Origin: an uncultured archaeon
Lineage (GTDB): Archaea; Iainarchaeota; Iainarchaeia; Iainarchaeales; DATDZZ01
Assembly: GCA_964373795.1 (NCBI GenBank)
Contig: CAYJVY010000003.1
Span: 59,383 to 91,382, forward strand
Direction: 5' to 3'
DNA length: 32,000 nucleotides
Within the stretch, counting starts at the first letter, position 1. Every line of letters begins with the position of its first letter. Below the pieces are notes generated by a model that was given only the letters and a program-made list of their open reading frames with translations, was not told the origin of the DNA and did not search any database. A program made the position numbers and the translations under genes. This document shows, piece after piece, positions 18,827 to 27,560 of this stretch.

Positions 18827-18895
18827 TAAAAAATTCTTAAAAGAACTAATTTAAATCATTACTAATCTATTTTTTATTCTACATAATTACTTTTG

Positions 18896-21800
18896 TTAGA
18901 TATTTCTTGGAATTTTTTTTTGCTCTACTTTTTCTTCTTTTTTTCTTGAATAAAATTTTATTCCTATAATTAAAACAATTAAAATTACTAAAGGGTATAA
19001 TGCAAGAGGGATTTGCAAATTTTTCGCATTCTTATTCAAAGAAAGAAGTGAGGTGCCTGCATTTGCATACTTTAATGCATCTAAATATTTTTTTTCTTCC
19101 AAGTTTTTTTGAGCTTCTTCAATTATTTTTTTTGCATCTTCTTTTGGATTTTCTTTTAATAAAAACTCTGCTTGCTTAACTTTACCTATTGCACTATTCT
19201 TAATCGAATCTTTTTTACTTTCTAATTGGCTTTTAATTTCTTGAAGTCTTTTAATTGAATTTTCAATTTCTTTAGCATCTTTTTCATTTGAAGCTATTTC
19301 TAAAAATTTGTTTTCATTAAAAAGTGATTCAATTTCATTTAACTTGTTAGTATTTATTTTGTTAATGATTTCTTTTGATTCTCTTTTAAAGTAGCTTAAT
19401 TCTTGCTTGCTTAAAGGAATATATTTTGCCAATTCATTTAATTCATCTTTACTTAAACCATCGAAAAGATCTTCAAATTCCTGAATTAAGTTTTCAATTT
19501 GCCTATTACTTATTAATTCATTTAACTGTCTTGCGTTTAAAATAATTTTTTCAGATTTAGATTTTAATTCATTTTTTAAATGATTTTCTAAATTTATTTT
19601 TTCTTTTGAAAGCGAATTCAATAATTCATTTGCTTCAAAATATTTTTCTTCATTAAACTTGGTTAAAATTTCTTCTTTCATTGAATTAATTTTTTTTTCT
19701 TCATTGCTTGGAGGGTTTTCAAGTTTTGAATTGTTTATTTTTTCAAAAATAGTGTTTAATTCATTTGTTGTGAAAAGATATTTTGCCATTAATTCTTTTT
19801 TTATTTTTGGGAAAGACTTACTTTGCATTAAACTTTGGATTTCTAAAAGTATTTTCTTTTCTTCAAGAATTTTTTGGTTTAATTCATTTTCTAAAGCTGA
19901 GTTAAATTTTTCTTTTAATTCGTTTAAGTATTGCTTTAATTCAATTGTTTTATCCTTCATATTAGTTTTTTCTAATTCATTTAATTCTTTTTCTAAATAA
20001 TTAATTTGTTCTAATGCTTCTTTTTTTAATGAATTAATTTCAATTAAGCTTTTTTCATAATCTGTATTTTTTTTTGAAAGGTCATTTATCTTTGATTTTA
20101 GTTTTTCAAGTTTTGAGATTTTTTCTTTATTATCTTGAATTTGCATTAACTTATTTAGTTCTTTTAATTCATTTAATGCCTGTTCTTTTACCTCTTTAAA
20201 GTCCGATAAAATTAGTAAATTAACTTCCATTTCAATTTCTTTCTCAACTTTTTCAATTAATTTATCTAAATTTTCAATTTTTTTATATAGTGTTAGAGTT
20301 ATTTCTTCCTCTTTATTCAAGTTATTTAAATTGAATTCAATTTTGTTTGTTGTTTGATTTAATTTAATACTTTTTCCGCTTTCGTTAAATAGCTCTACTG
20401 TGATTAGAGTTTCATTTAAATTGAATTGATTTAATGAAATAACTGTGTTTTCAATATTTAATGGTAAATTGTTTTTGATCTTTATTTCTTGAACTATTTC
20501 AAATTCTTTTTCATTTAATTTAATAATTTCTTCTTGGGGTAATGACACTTTTATTGGGTTTAATATATAATAGTAAATTGAAATTATTTGATTATCTTTT
20601 GGTTTTTCAATTAAAAAACTTATTTCATTTTCTTTTAACCCGAACGGAATTTTTTTGTTTTCAGAATAAATACTTACTTCATTAAGTAAATCGATTGGTT
20701 GAATTAACTCTGTTGAAACAACTGCTTTTTCTATTTCTCTTAATAGATTTATTTTAATTTCTTTTAAGATTAGCGCTTTTTTTTCACTTGCATTTAAAAC
20801 AATTGTTTTGATTTCTGAAACATTTATCTCATTAAATTCTTTCACTGTTAACTCTGTTTGATTTAAGGGCAATTCGTTTAATGTAACCTCAATTTTATTG
20901 TTTGAAATGCTGGTTTTAATTATATTTTGAGTTTTACTTACAATTTCTGTTTCATTTACTTTATTTAATGGAATTGAAATATTTATTTCTTCATTTATCT
21001 GTTCATTAAAAGGGTTTTTTACAACATATTTTGTTAAGACTTCAATTTTTTTATCAGTTTTAAATAACTCGTTTGATAAACTTTGTATTTCTATATTTTC
21101 TTCTAAAAATATTTTTAGTTCTTGAATTAATTCAATTCTTATTTCATTAAATAGTTTAAGTAACTTATTTTTTATTTCAAGTTTGTTTTTAATAATTTCT
21201 TCAACTTCATTGCTTGAAAATAATTCATTGAAATAATTTATTTGAGTTTTAAATTTTAATGCTTTTGAAGTTGAAAGTGTTCCAAGTAATTCTAAATAAT
21301 GGTTTGTTTTTTTAAGCAAGTCTTTTAATTCACTTAAATCAAAACTTGAATATGCATAAAACGTAATGTCCTTTTTCAGTTCAATACAATAATTTTTTCC
21401 ATTAAAATATTCTTTATTTTTTTGAATTAATTTTAAGTTATTCAATCTTTCAAAAAATATGTTTTTTATTTCAGGATTTTTTAATAATTCGTTAACTTCA
21501 TTTAAGCATTTTTCAAATCCTTCTTTTTCGTTTACTTCAAATTCTGTGAATTGATTTATAGCTTTTTTGAAGAGTTTAAAATCTTCTACTATTGGTTTGC
21601 ATTGAATTAATTTTTCTTTTTCAGTTTTCGTTTCATTGAATTTAATTATTTTGCTTGTTAATTTGTTTTTTAATTCAATTACTTCTATTCGGTCAATTTT
21701 TTCTTTATTTATTTCATTACGGATAAAGTTAGCTCTTGAATTGCATAAATCAATTAATTCATCTGTTAATTCATTTGAGTAAAAAAGAGTTTTATCATTT

Positions 21801-23038
21801 AATAACTTTAATTCACTGTTAATGTTTTTTAATTCAATTACTTTTTTTCCATTTGAAATATTGTTGAAATAATTCTTGTTTAACAATTTGTTTAACTGTT
21901 TTTTTAATTCGTCCAATTTTTCAAAATTGTTTTGCTTAAATTGATTTATTTCATTCAACTCAAATTTTTGTGTTTGAATTTCTTTTCCTTCCTGCAATAA
22001 CGAGATTAGTGAAGAAATGAATTCTTCATTAAAGCTTTGATAACTATTTGAATCTAATGCATTTAATTGTGTTTGAATTGATTCAATTAAGAACTTGTTT
22101 TCATTAATTAACTCATTTGTTTTTTCTTTTAAATTTTTCTTATTTTTAGCAATTGTTTTAATTAAATCAATAAATTTTTCAGTAGCGGAATTACTTGGAG
22201 AGGCTAATGAATCAAATAAACTGAAAAATTCTGATGGATTTGCTTTTCCTAGTAAAATGTTTCCTTGAACTGTTTTATCTAAAAAATTAATTTTATGTAC
22301 TAATGCAAAAGCTGAGTTTTTAATTATTGCAGCAAAAGGATTATTCTTTAATAGAATTGAAAAAATTGTGTTATCTATTTCCGCGAACACGTCAATTAAA
22401 GTGAATTCTTTTACAGTTCTAGTTGAATCAATTGCTTGAATTAATTTATTTAATTCATTTGATTTGAAAAAATATAATCCAACAAATGTTTTAGAATTTT
22501 TATTTCCATTGAATAAATCATTTAAATTATTAATTAAGTCTAAATAAGAGTCAAAAATTGGTTCTTCTTTTATTAAATTAATTTCCTGTAATTCAAGTTC
22601 TTGAATCTCTAAAACAATTATTTCTAATGCAATTAAATTTAATTTATTTAATTCTTCAATTGCTTTATTTAAATATGAAATTGATTCGTTTGCATGAAAG
22701 GAAAGATTTGAAACAAATCTTTGGTTGCATTCTTTGTTTATTTCGTTTAAACTTGTTCTAATCTTGTTAAAATAAAACCAAGAAAATGCCAAAGAATTTT
22801 TATACAAACCAATTTTTTGATTTAATGCTAAGGAAAACTCGCTTAAATCATTTTCAGGCAATAATTCATTAACCTTATTAAAACAGGCTTCTTTTGATTC
22901 ACAAAAAGGAATGGATGTTGAAGGAAAAGAAGTTAAACTCAAACAAACTCTTCTCTGAGAAATACTTAACTCATTTACTGGATCAATGCAGCCAATCAAG
23001 AAAAGAAAAGACAGAAATAAAAAAATCTTTAGCTTCAT
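18896..23038 (-). CDS. Giant (1380 aa) coiled-coil envelope protein with an N-terminal lipobox-type signal peptide and a C-terminal TM anchor
   Basis: The N-terminus is MKLKIFLFLSFLFLIGC. Long N/K/E/L/I-rich heptad-like stretches are interrupted by a beta-rich segment at about residues 680-900. The C-terminal hydrophobic helix PLALYPLVILIVLIIGI is followed by a basic tail. No family recognised. Confidence 0.7.
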   Translation of the reverse strand: MKLKIFLFLSFLFLIGCIDPVNELSISQRRVCLSLTSFPSTSIPFCESKEACFNKVNELLPENDLSEFSLALNQKIGLYKNSLAFSWFYFNKIRTSLNEINKECNQRFVSNLSFHANESISYLNKAIEELNKLNLIALEIIVLEIQELELQEINLIKEEPIFDSYLDLINNLNDLFNGNKNSKTFVGLYFFKSNELNKLIQAIDSTRTVKEFTLIDVFAEIDNTIFSILLKNNPFAAIIKNSAFALVHKINFLDKTVQGNILLGKANPSEFFSLFDSLASPSNSATEKFIDLIKTIAKNKKNLKEKTNELINENKFLIESIQTQLNALDSNSYQSFNEEFISSLISLLQEGKEIQTQKFELNEINQFKQNNFEKLDELKKQLNKLLNKNYFNNISNGKKVIELKNINSELKLLNDKTLFYSNELTDELIDLCNSRANFIRNEINKEKIDRIEVIELKNKLTSKIIKFNETKTEKEKLIQCKPIVEDFKLFKKAINQFTEFEVNEKEGFEKCLNEVNELLKNPEIKNIFFERLNNLKLIQKNKEYFNGKNYCIELKKDITFYAYSSFDLSELKDLLKKTNHYLELLGTLSTSKALKFKTQINYFNELFSSNEVEEIIKNKLEIKNKLLKLFNEIRIELIQELKIFLEENIEIQSLSNELFKTDKKIEVLTKYVVKNPFNEQINEEINISIPLNKVNETEIVSKTQNIIKTSISNNKIEVTLNELPLNQTELTVKEFNEINVSEIKTIVLNASEKKALILKEIKINLLREIEKAVVSTELIQPIDLLNEVSIYSENKKIPFGLKENEISFLIEKPKDNQIISIYYYILNPIKVSLPQEEIIKLNEKEFEIVQEIKIKNNLPLNIENTVISLNQFNLNETLITVELFNESGKSIKLNQTTNKIEFNLNNLNKEEEITLTLYKKIENLDKLIEKVEKEIEMEVNLLILSDFKEVKEQALNELKELNKLMQIQDNKEKISKLEKLKSKINDLSKKNTDYEKSLIEINSLKKEALEQINYLEKELNELEKTNMKDKTIELKQYLNELKEKFNSALENELNQKILEEKKILLEIQSLMQSKSFPKIKKELMAKYLFTTNELNTIFEKINNSKLENPPSNEEKKINSMKEEILTKFNEEKYFEANELLNSLSKEKINLENHLKNELKSKSEKIILNARQLNELISNRQIENLIQEFEDLFDGLSKDELNELAKYIPLSKQELSYFKRESKEIINKINTNKLNEIESLFNENKFLEIASNEKDAKEIENSIKRLQEIKSQLESKKDSIKNSAIGKVKQAEFLLKENPKEDAKKIIEEAQKNLEEKKYLDALKYANAGTSLLSLNKNAKNLQIPLALYPLVILIVLIIGIKFYSRKKEEKVEQKKIPRNI

Positions 23039-23197
23039 AGAAAAAAAGTCAAAGCACGCATTTAAAATAAATTCTTTAAATTCGTTTTTTAACGAACAAC
23101 TAGTTTTTAAATAAGGCCTTATAAATTATTTTTGCACATAATTCTTGAAAAACTTCATCGAAAATCATATTAATTAATTTGATTTAATGTTTATCAA

Positions 23198-23728
23198 ATG
23201 AAGAGATTATTTTTTTTATTTTCCTTGATTTTAATTTTGCCTGTGTTTTTTGCACAGCCTATAGAAGATCTTGTAGAAATTAATTCAATGAAGCTAAGCA
23301 TTGCAGGAAAAGAATCAAATGTTTTTGATTTACAGAATGCTTCAAATATTAAAGTAGAACTACAAATTGAAAGTAAAAGTATTGCTTCAAATGGCAATAT
23401 TTCGTTAAACTTGATTTCTTTGGATTCAAAAAATTCTAATGCAATTGGAAGCATTCCCTACAGCTTAGCTGTTAAAGGAAGCACTGGAGACAAAAAAGAT
23501 ATTAACATGCAAATTAATTTAAGTTCTTTTTCTCAAGGAAGTTATGAATTAAGAGCAGAAATAACTCCTTCTCCACTAGTTGCAGAAGATAAATCAAACA
23601 ATGTTTTAAGTAAATCAATTACTTTAACTAAGTCGAGCAAACCAATTTCAATAAGCGAATTTGACATGCTTTTGCTTCCCTTTATTGCATTAATTTCTCT
23701 TGCATTAATTTTTCAAAATTCACGTTAA
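23198..23728 (+). CDS. Small secreted Ig-like (CARDB-like) protein with a C-terminal sorting-signal-like TM tail
   Basis: Signal peptide MKRLFFLFSLILILPVFFA. The beta-rich body ends in a CARDB-like AEDKSNNVLSKSITL. The tail is ISEFD, the hydrophobic helix LLLPFIALISLALIF, then QNSR. Confidence 0.5.
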   Translation: MKRLFFLFSLILILPVFFAQPIEDLVEINSMKLSIAGKESNVFDLQNASNIKVELQIESKSIASNGNISLNLISLDSKNSNAIGSIPYSLAVKGSTGDKKDINMQINLSSFSQGSYELRAEITPSPLVAEDKSNNVLSKSITLTKSSKPISISEFDMLLLPFIALISLALIFQNSR

Positions 23729-23759
23729 TTTAAAAAACTAATTTAATTAATTCTTTTTT

Positions 23760-24359
23760 ATGCTGTCCTTAGAACAAGGAGAAAAACTAGTTAAAATTGC
23801 TAGAAAATCAATAGAATTTTTTTCCGTTACTCGAAGAATTGTTACAGATTTAAACGATGAAAAAGAATTCCAAAACCTTTTCCCGGTTTTCATTGCAATA
23901 AAAAACCAGCCATCGAATTCTATTCGAGGAGGAATTGCTTTACTAAATCCATCAATTCCTTTATGGAATGCAGTTATTCAAACAGCAATTAATGCAGCAT
24001 TTAAGGATCCGCGATTTTCAGAAATAAAATCAAACGAATTAAATAAAGTCGTAATTGAAGTAAGCATTTTAACTACTCCTGAAGAACTGCATGGAGATAG
24101 AAAAGGTTTTCCAAATCAATTAATTGCAGGAATAGATGGCTTGATAATTGAAAAAGGTTCTAAAAAAGTTTTAACCTTGCCAAGTGAAGCACTTGAATTA
24201 AATTTGGATTCAAAAAAATTATTAGAATTGACTTGTAGAAAAGCAAATCTTCTTTCAACTGCTTGGTTTGAATCCAGGACAACTGTTTACAAATTTCAAA
24301 TGCAAACCTTTAAAGAAATTCAACCAAAAGGACAAGTAATTGAAGTTACCCAGAACTAA
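23760..24359 (+). CDS. AMMECR1 domain protein
   Basis: AINAAFKDPRFSEIKSNEL...VIEVSILTTPEEL matches the AMMECR1 core. The usual RGCIG motif reads RGGIA here. Confidence 0.8.
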   Translation: MLSLEQGEKLVKIARKSIEFFSVTRRIVTDLNDEKEFQNLFPVFIAIKNQPSNSIRGGIALLNPSIPLWNAVIQTAINAAFKDPRFSEIKSNELNKVVIEVSILTTPEELHGDRKGFPNQLIAGIDGLIIEKGSKKVLTLPSEALELNLDSKKLLELTCRKANLLSTAWFESRTTVYKFQMQTFKEIQPKGQVIEVTQN

Positions 24360-26316
24360 AAAACATGTTCTTAATAACTGTTGTTGAAAGGAAAAACCCT
24401 GACATCATTAAAAGAGCAATTATTTCAAGCACAGTAAAAATGCTGTAAGAATCCTTAATAAAAATTTCAGTAAACAAATTATTCACTATTGTTAAAGGAA
24501 GAATTGAAGTAAACAATTTAATTAACGGGGCAATAAAATCTAAAGGAAAAATTATTCCACTTAAAAAAATCATTGGAATAACTAATAACAAAGATCCAAG
24601 AATTGCTGTTGACTCATTTTTAGTAAAATTAGAAATAAATAACCCTAAAGAAACAAATGTAAGAGCCGCTAAACCAACTCCAATTAATCCAATAAAAATT
24701 TTCGTAATAGTAGGAGTAATCCCAAATCCAATAAAGTCATATCCAAATACTGGAAAAGGTAAATTAATTTTAGTAAAAGCATAAACCAAAATAATTAATG
24801 CAATTACAAAAGCAATCAATATTTGTCCTAACACTTTTCCAAACACTAATTTTAATTGAGTAGTAGAACTTAACCTCATTCTCAAAAAAGCTCCTTGCTT
24901 GTCTTCAGTAATAGCGGAAAAAGAACTTAAAAGCAAGCAAGTTAAAAGCAATACAATTGACAATACAATTGGAGTTAAAATTCCTAAAACAGTTACATCT
25001 TTATACAATAACTGTTCTTTTACAATTATTGGTTGAGCAATAAATTTTGGATCCCTATCACTTAACTGTTTTAGAATGTTTGAAAAATCCTGAATTAATG
25101 TTTTCGAGTCCTGCAATCTTAAAGTTAAAGCATCCTTGGAAGTTCTACCATCGCTCACTAAAGCTCTAGTGCTATCAATTGTTTCAGTTAAAGCTCCTGC
25201 TTCCTTATTTAAATCACTTAAATCGTTTTTAAAAGTATCAATAGTGAATCCTAAAGTTGTTAACCTATTTTTTCCATCCTGAACCCGAATATTTGTGCTA
25301 GTTAAAACATTTTGTAACTCAATTAACTTGTCATCAGCTTGCCTTATTTTGGTTTTCGCATTTCTTAAATCAATTAAAGCTGACTGCACTTTTGCTAAAT
25401 TCTTATTATTTTCTCGCTGCAAATCCCTAATAGTGGCTAAAGTATTTGGCTCGTTTTTAAAAGTCTGCTCAGCATTATTTAAAGTATTCCTAATGTCAAG
25501 CAAAGTAATTTCAAGGTCTTCTAAATCAGTAATCGATGAATCAACTTTCCCTTCATAAACAAATAATTCATTTCTAGCATTAGAGGTTTCAGTTTGAAGT
25601 TTTTGAACATCGGTTTCAGTTTTAGTTAAATCCGCTTTAAAATCATTTACAGTTGAATCAACATTTGAAACATTTTGACTTTGAAAATCCAAAATTCTAT
25701 TAATTTTATCAGCATCAATTCTATTAACATTGCTTTCCAATTGATTTAATTTGTCTCCACTTTTATTTAATTCATCTAAATAACCATCAATCTTTCCAAC
25801 TTCTCCACTTAAATTTTGATTAACCTGATCAAGTTTTCCAAGCATTAAAGAAATAATTTCCTTAGTAGTGTTAACTTCAATTATTTTAATTACATTCTGA
25901 ATCTGGCTTTTAATTATTTTTGAAGTAGCAAAATTAGAGTTATCCAATAAAACATCAATCTTTATTTGCTCGGCCTTAGTTGCTTTATCGTTAATAACTA
26001 ATCCAACAAATACAAACTGTTTCTTCAAATCATTTTCAACACACTCTCTAGTAGCACATAAAGGCTTTAACACTTCAACTCTAGGATTTTTCTCCAACAA
26101 AGAAACAAATTCATTCACTTGTTCTTGACTTGCGCCTTCAATTTGTTCAGGAACTAAAACCGAAACAGAAACTTTATCCACTCCTTGACTGCTTCCAAAA
26201 GCCAATGCAAGAATCAAAGTAATCAAAATAGGATAAGCAACAATCAACCAAATAGTCATTTTCCTTGTACGAATTAAATCAAATTCCTTTAAAACAATGC
26301 TTAAAATTCGCCTCAT
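24346..26316 (-). CDS. ABC-2 type permease with a large coiled-coil ectodomain (YhgE/Pip-like architecture)
   Basis: N-terminal TM, then a roughly 400-aa extracytoplasmic region with a long N/D/L/T-rich coiled coil. A C-terminal 5-TM ABC-2 bundle follows. Its start overlaps the ATPase stop (ATGA). Confidence 0.75.
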   Translation of the reverse strand: MRRILSIVLKEFDLIRTRKMTIWLIVAYPILITLILALAFGSSQGVDKVSVSVLVPEQIEGASQEQVNEFVSLLEKNPRVEVLKPLCATRECVENDLKKQFVFVGLVINDKATKAEQIKIDVLLDNSNFATSKIIKSQIQNVIKIIEVNTTKEIISLMLGKLDQVNQNLSGEVGKIDGYLDELNKSGDKLNQLESNVNRIDADKINRILDFQSQNVSNVDSTVNDFKADLTKTETDVQKLQTETSNARNELFVYEGKVDSSITDLEDLEITLLDIRNTLNNAEQTFKNEPNTLATIRDLQRENNKNLAKVQSALIDLRNAKTKIRQADDKLIELQNVLTSTNIRVQDGKNRLTTLGFTIDTFKNDLSDLNKEAGALTETIDSTRALVSDGRTSKDALTLRLQDSKTLIQDFSNILKQLSDRDPKFIAQPIIVKEQLLYKDVTVLGILTPIVLSIVLLLTCLLLSSFSAITEDKQGAFLRMRLSSTTQLKLVFGKVLGQILIAFVIALIILVYAFTKINLPFPVFGYDFIGFGITPTITKIFIGLIGVGLAALTFVSLGLFISNFTKNESTAILGSLLLVIPMIFLSGIIFPLDFIAPLIKLFTSILPLTIVNNLFTEIFIKDSYSIFTVLEIIALLMMSGFFLSTTVIKNMFFSSG

Positions 26317-27287
26317 GTTTTTTCTCCAGCAGTTTTTTCAAAATCCCTAATCTTCTTTCCAGTCAAATTAATGAATACATCCTCTAATTCTGGTTCACGA
26401 ATATGAGAAGACTTAATTTCATACTTGGATTTTCTAATAAAATCAGTTATCTGAGTAACCTTAGACAAAGAAACCTCTTTCTGAAAAGAAATAATTAATT
26501 GATTCCCTAAAATTTTTCCATCATCAAATCCGACAACTACCTTCAAAGAATCCAAAAGCAATTCATCAAAAGGTTTATCCAAATTCAATATAACAATTTT
26601 CTTTCCGCCATATTCTTGAATTAATTTCTCAGGCGAGCCTTCAACCAAAATCTTTCCCTTGTTCATTATAGCAATTCTATCACACAATTCTTGAGCTTCA
26701 TCCATGTAATGAGTAGTTAAAATCATTGACTTTCCATGCTTTTTCAATTCCTTTATTTTATCCCAAAACATTGCTCTAACACTTGGATCTAGTCCAACAG
26801 TTGGTTCATCCAAAAAAATTATTTTCGGATCATGAATCAAAGCCAAACCAATATTAACAAGCCTCTTATACCCTCCAGATAAATGCTCAATTTTTCTTTC
26901 CTCAAACTGCTTCAAATTCAGCCATTCAAGCAAAAACTCTACTCGTTCAATTAATTTATTATTAGGAATATCATACAACCTGCCAAAAAACAAAAAATTT
27001 TGCTTAACAGTAAACCCCTGATAACAAGCAATTTCTTGCGGAACAACTCCAATAAATTTATTAAAAAACTTGAAAAAAAATCCAACCTTTTTACCCAAAA
27101 CATAAATATTCCCAGAAGAAGGCGAACTCAAACCACAAGCAATTTTAGCCAAAGTAGACTTGCCTGCTCCGTTAGGGCCAAGCAAACCATAAATCTCATT
27201 CTCATTTAAATAAAAATTAGAACTCTCTAAAGCAACAAACGAGCCAAACTTTTTTGAAACATTTTCAATTCTTAAAACTTCAGTCAT
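26313..27287 (-). CDS. ABC transporter ATP-binding protein (ABC-2/DrrA-like)
   Basis: Walker A is GPNGAGKST, the signature is LSGGYKR, Walker B is IIFLDEPTVGLD and the H-loop is TTHYMDE. Confidence 0.9.
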   Translation of the reverse strand: MTEVLRIENVSKKFGSFVALESSNFYLNENEIYGLLGPNGAGKSTLAKIACGLSSPSSGNIYVLGKKVGFFFKFFNKFIGVVPQEIACYQGFTVKQNFLFFGRLYDIPNNKLIERVEFLLEWLNLKQFEERKIEHLSGGYKRLVNIGLALIHDPKIIFLDEPTVGLDPSVRAMFWDKIKELKKHGKSMILTTHYMDEAQELCDRIAIMNKGKILVEGSPEKLIQEYGGKKIVILNLDKPFDELLLDSLKVVVGFDDGKILGNQLIISFQKEVSLSKVTQITDFIRKSKYEIKSSHIREPELEDVFINLTGKKIRDFEKTAGEKT

Positions 27288-27292
27288 TCTCT

Positions 27293-27466
27293 CACCCGTC
27301 GTTCAGCCGTGCAAGGTTCAGCCCTTGAAGCGCCGTTCAGCCGGCGAGGCTGAGTGCCCACGTGGGCATCGCGCTTGCCGCGCGAGACTACAGCTGAAGG
27401 GTCACGTGACCCCTCGCACTCGACGGGCGTGACCGCGAGCAAGGCTGAACACAATGCTTTGCATTG
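27293..27466 (-). ncRNA. Candidate structured RNA or 5' leader (GC-rich multi-hairpin element) directly upstream of the ABC operon
   Basis: About 67% G+C (hand count 107/160 over 27291-27450). At least six helices are present, including two hairpins with covarying stems and the identical TTCAGC loop. The element ends at a GGGTGAG SD-like box and the ATG at 27287. No known RNA family consensus was recognised. Confidence 0.45.
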
Positions 27467-27560
27467 AACAACATTCCAGCTAATTAAATTATTCACGCTA
27501 AAAGTGTGAAACAATTATGTACTACTTTTACTAAAGCTTATTGTTAACCATGTTTGGAAA

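Noticed and set aside
19659-20000. Antisense or shadow ORFs inside long genes. This one lies within the giant gene, and others are 1783..2070, 4873..6113, 11641..12261, 13566..13838, 17961..18353, 25295..25558, 27000..27209, 27855..28076 and 29817..30265.
   Set aside because: Each lies entirely within a well-supported gene on the opposite strand. Their translations are low-complexity F/S/L/I-rich sequences, as expected from antisense reading of AT-rich codons.
18896-23038. Repetitive-looking AT-rich DNA within the giant gene, considered as a possible CRISPR array or tandem repeat.
   Set aside because: There are no regularly spaced identical repeats. The apparent periodicity comes from biased N/K/E/L/I codon usage in a continuous 1380-codon reading frame.
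27284-27514. 76-codon minus-strand ORF (TTG start) running through the GC-rich island, with its TGA overlapping the ABC ATPase ATG (ATGA).
   Set aside because: Its composition is completely unlike every other gene here, being R/A/C/G-rich with GC-rich codons. GC-rich DNA is naturally poor in stop codons, so a long open frame is expected by chance. The same bases form extensive helices. A coupled upstream ORF remains a weak alternative to the RNA interpretation.
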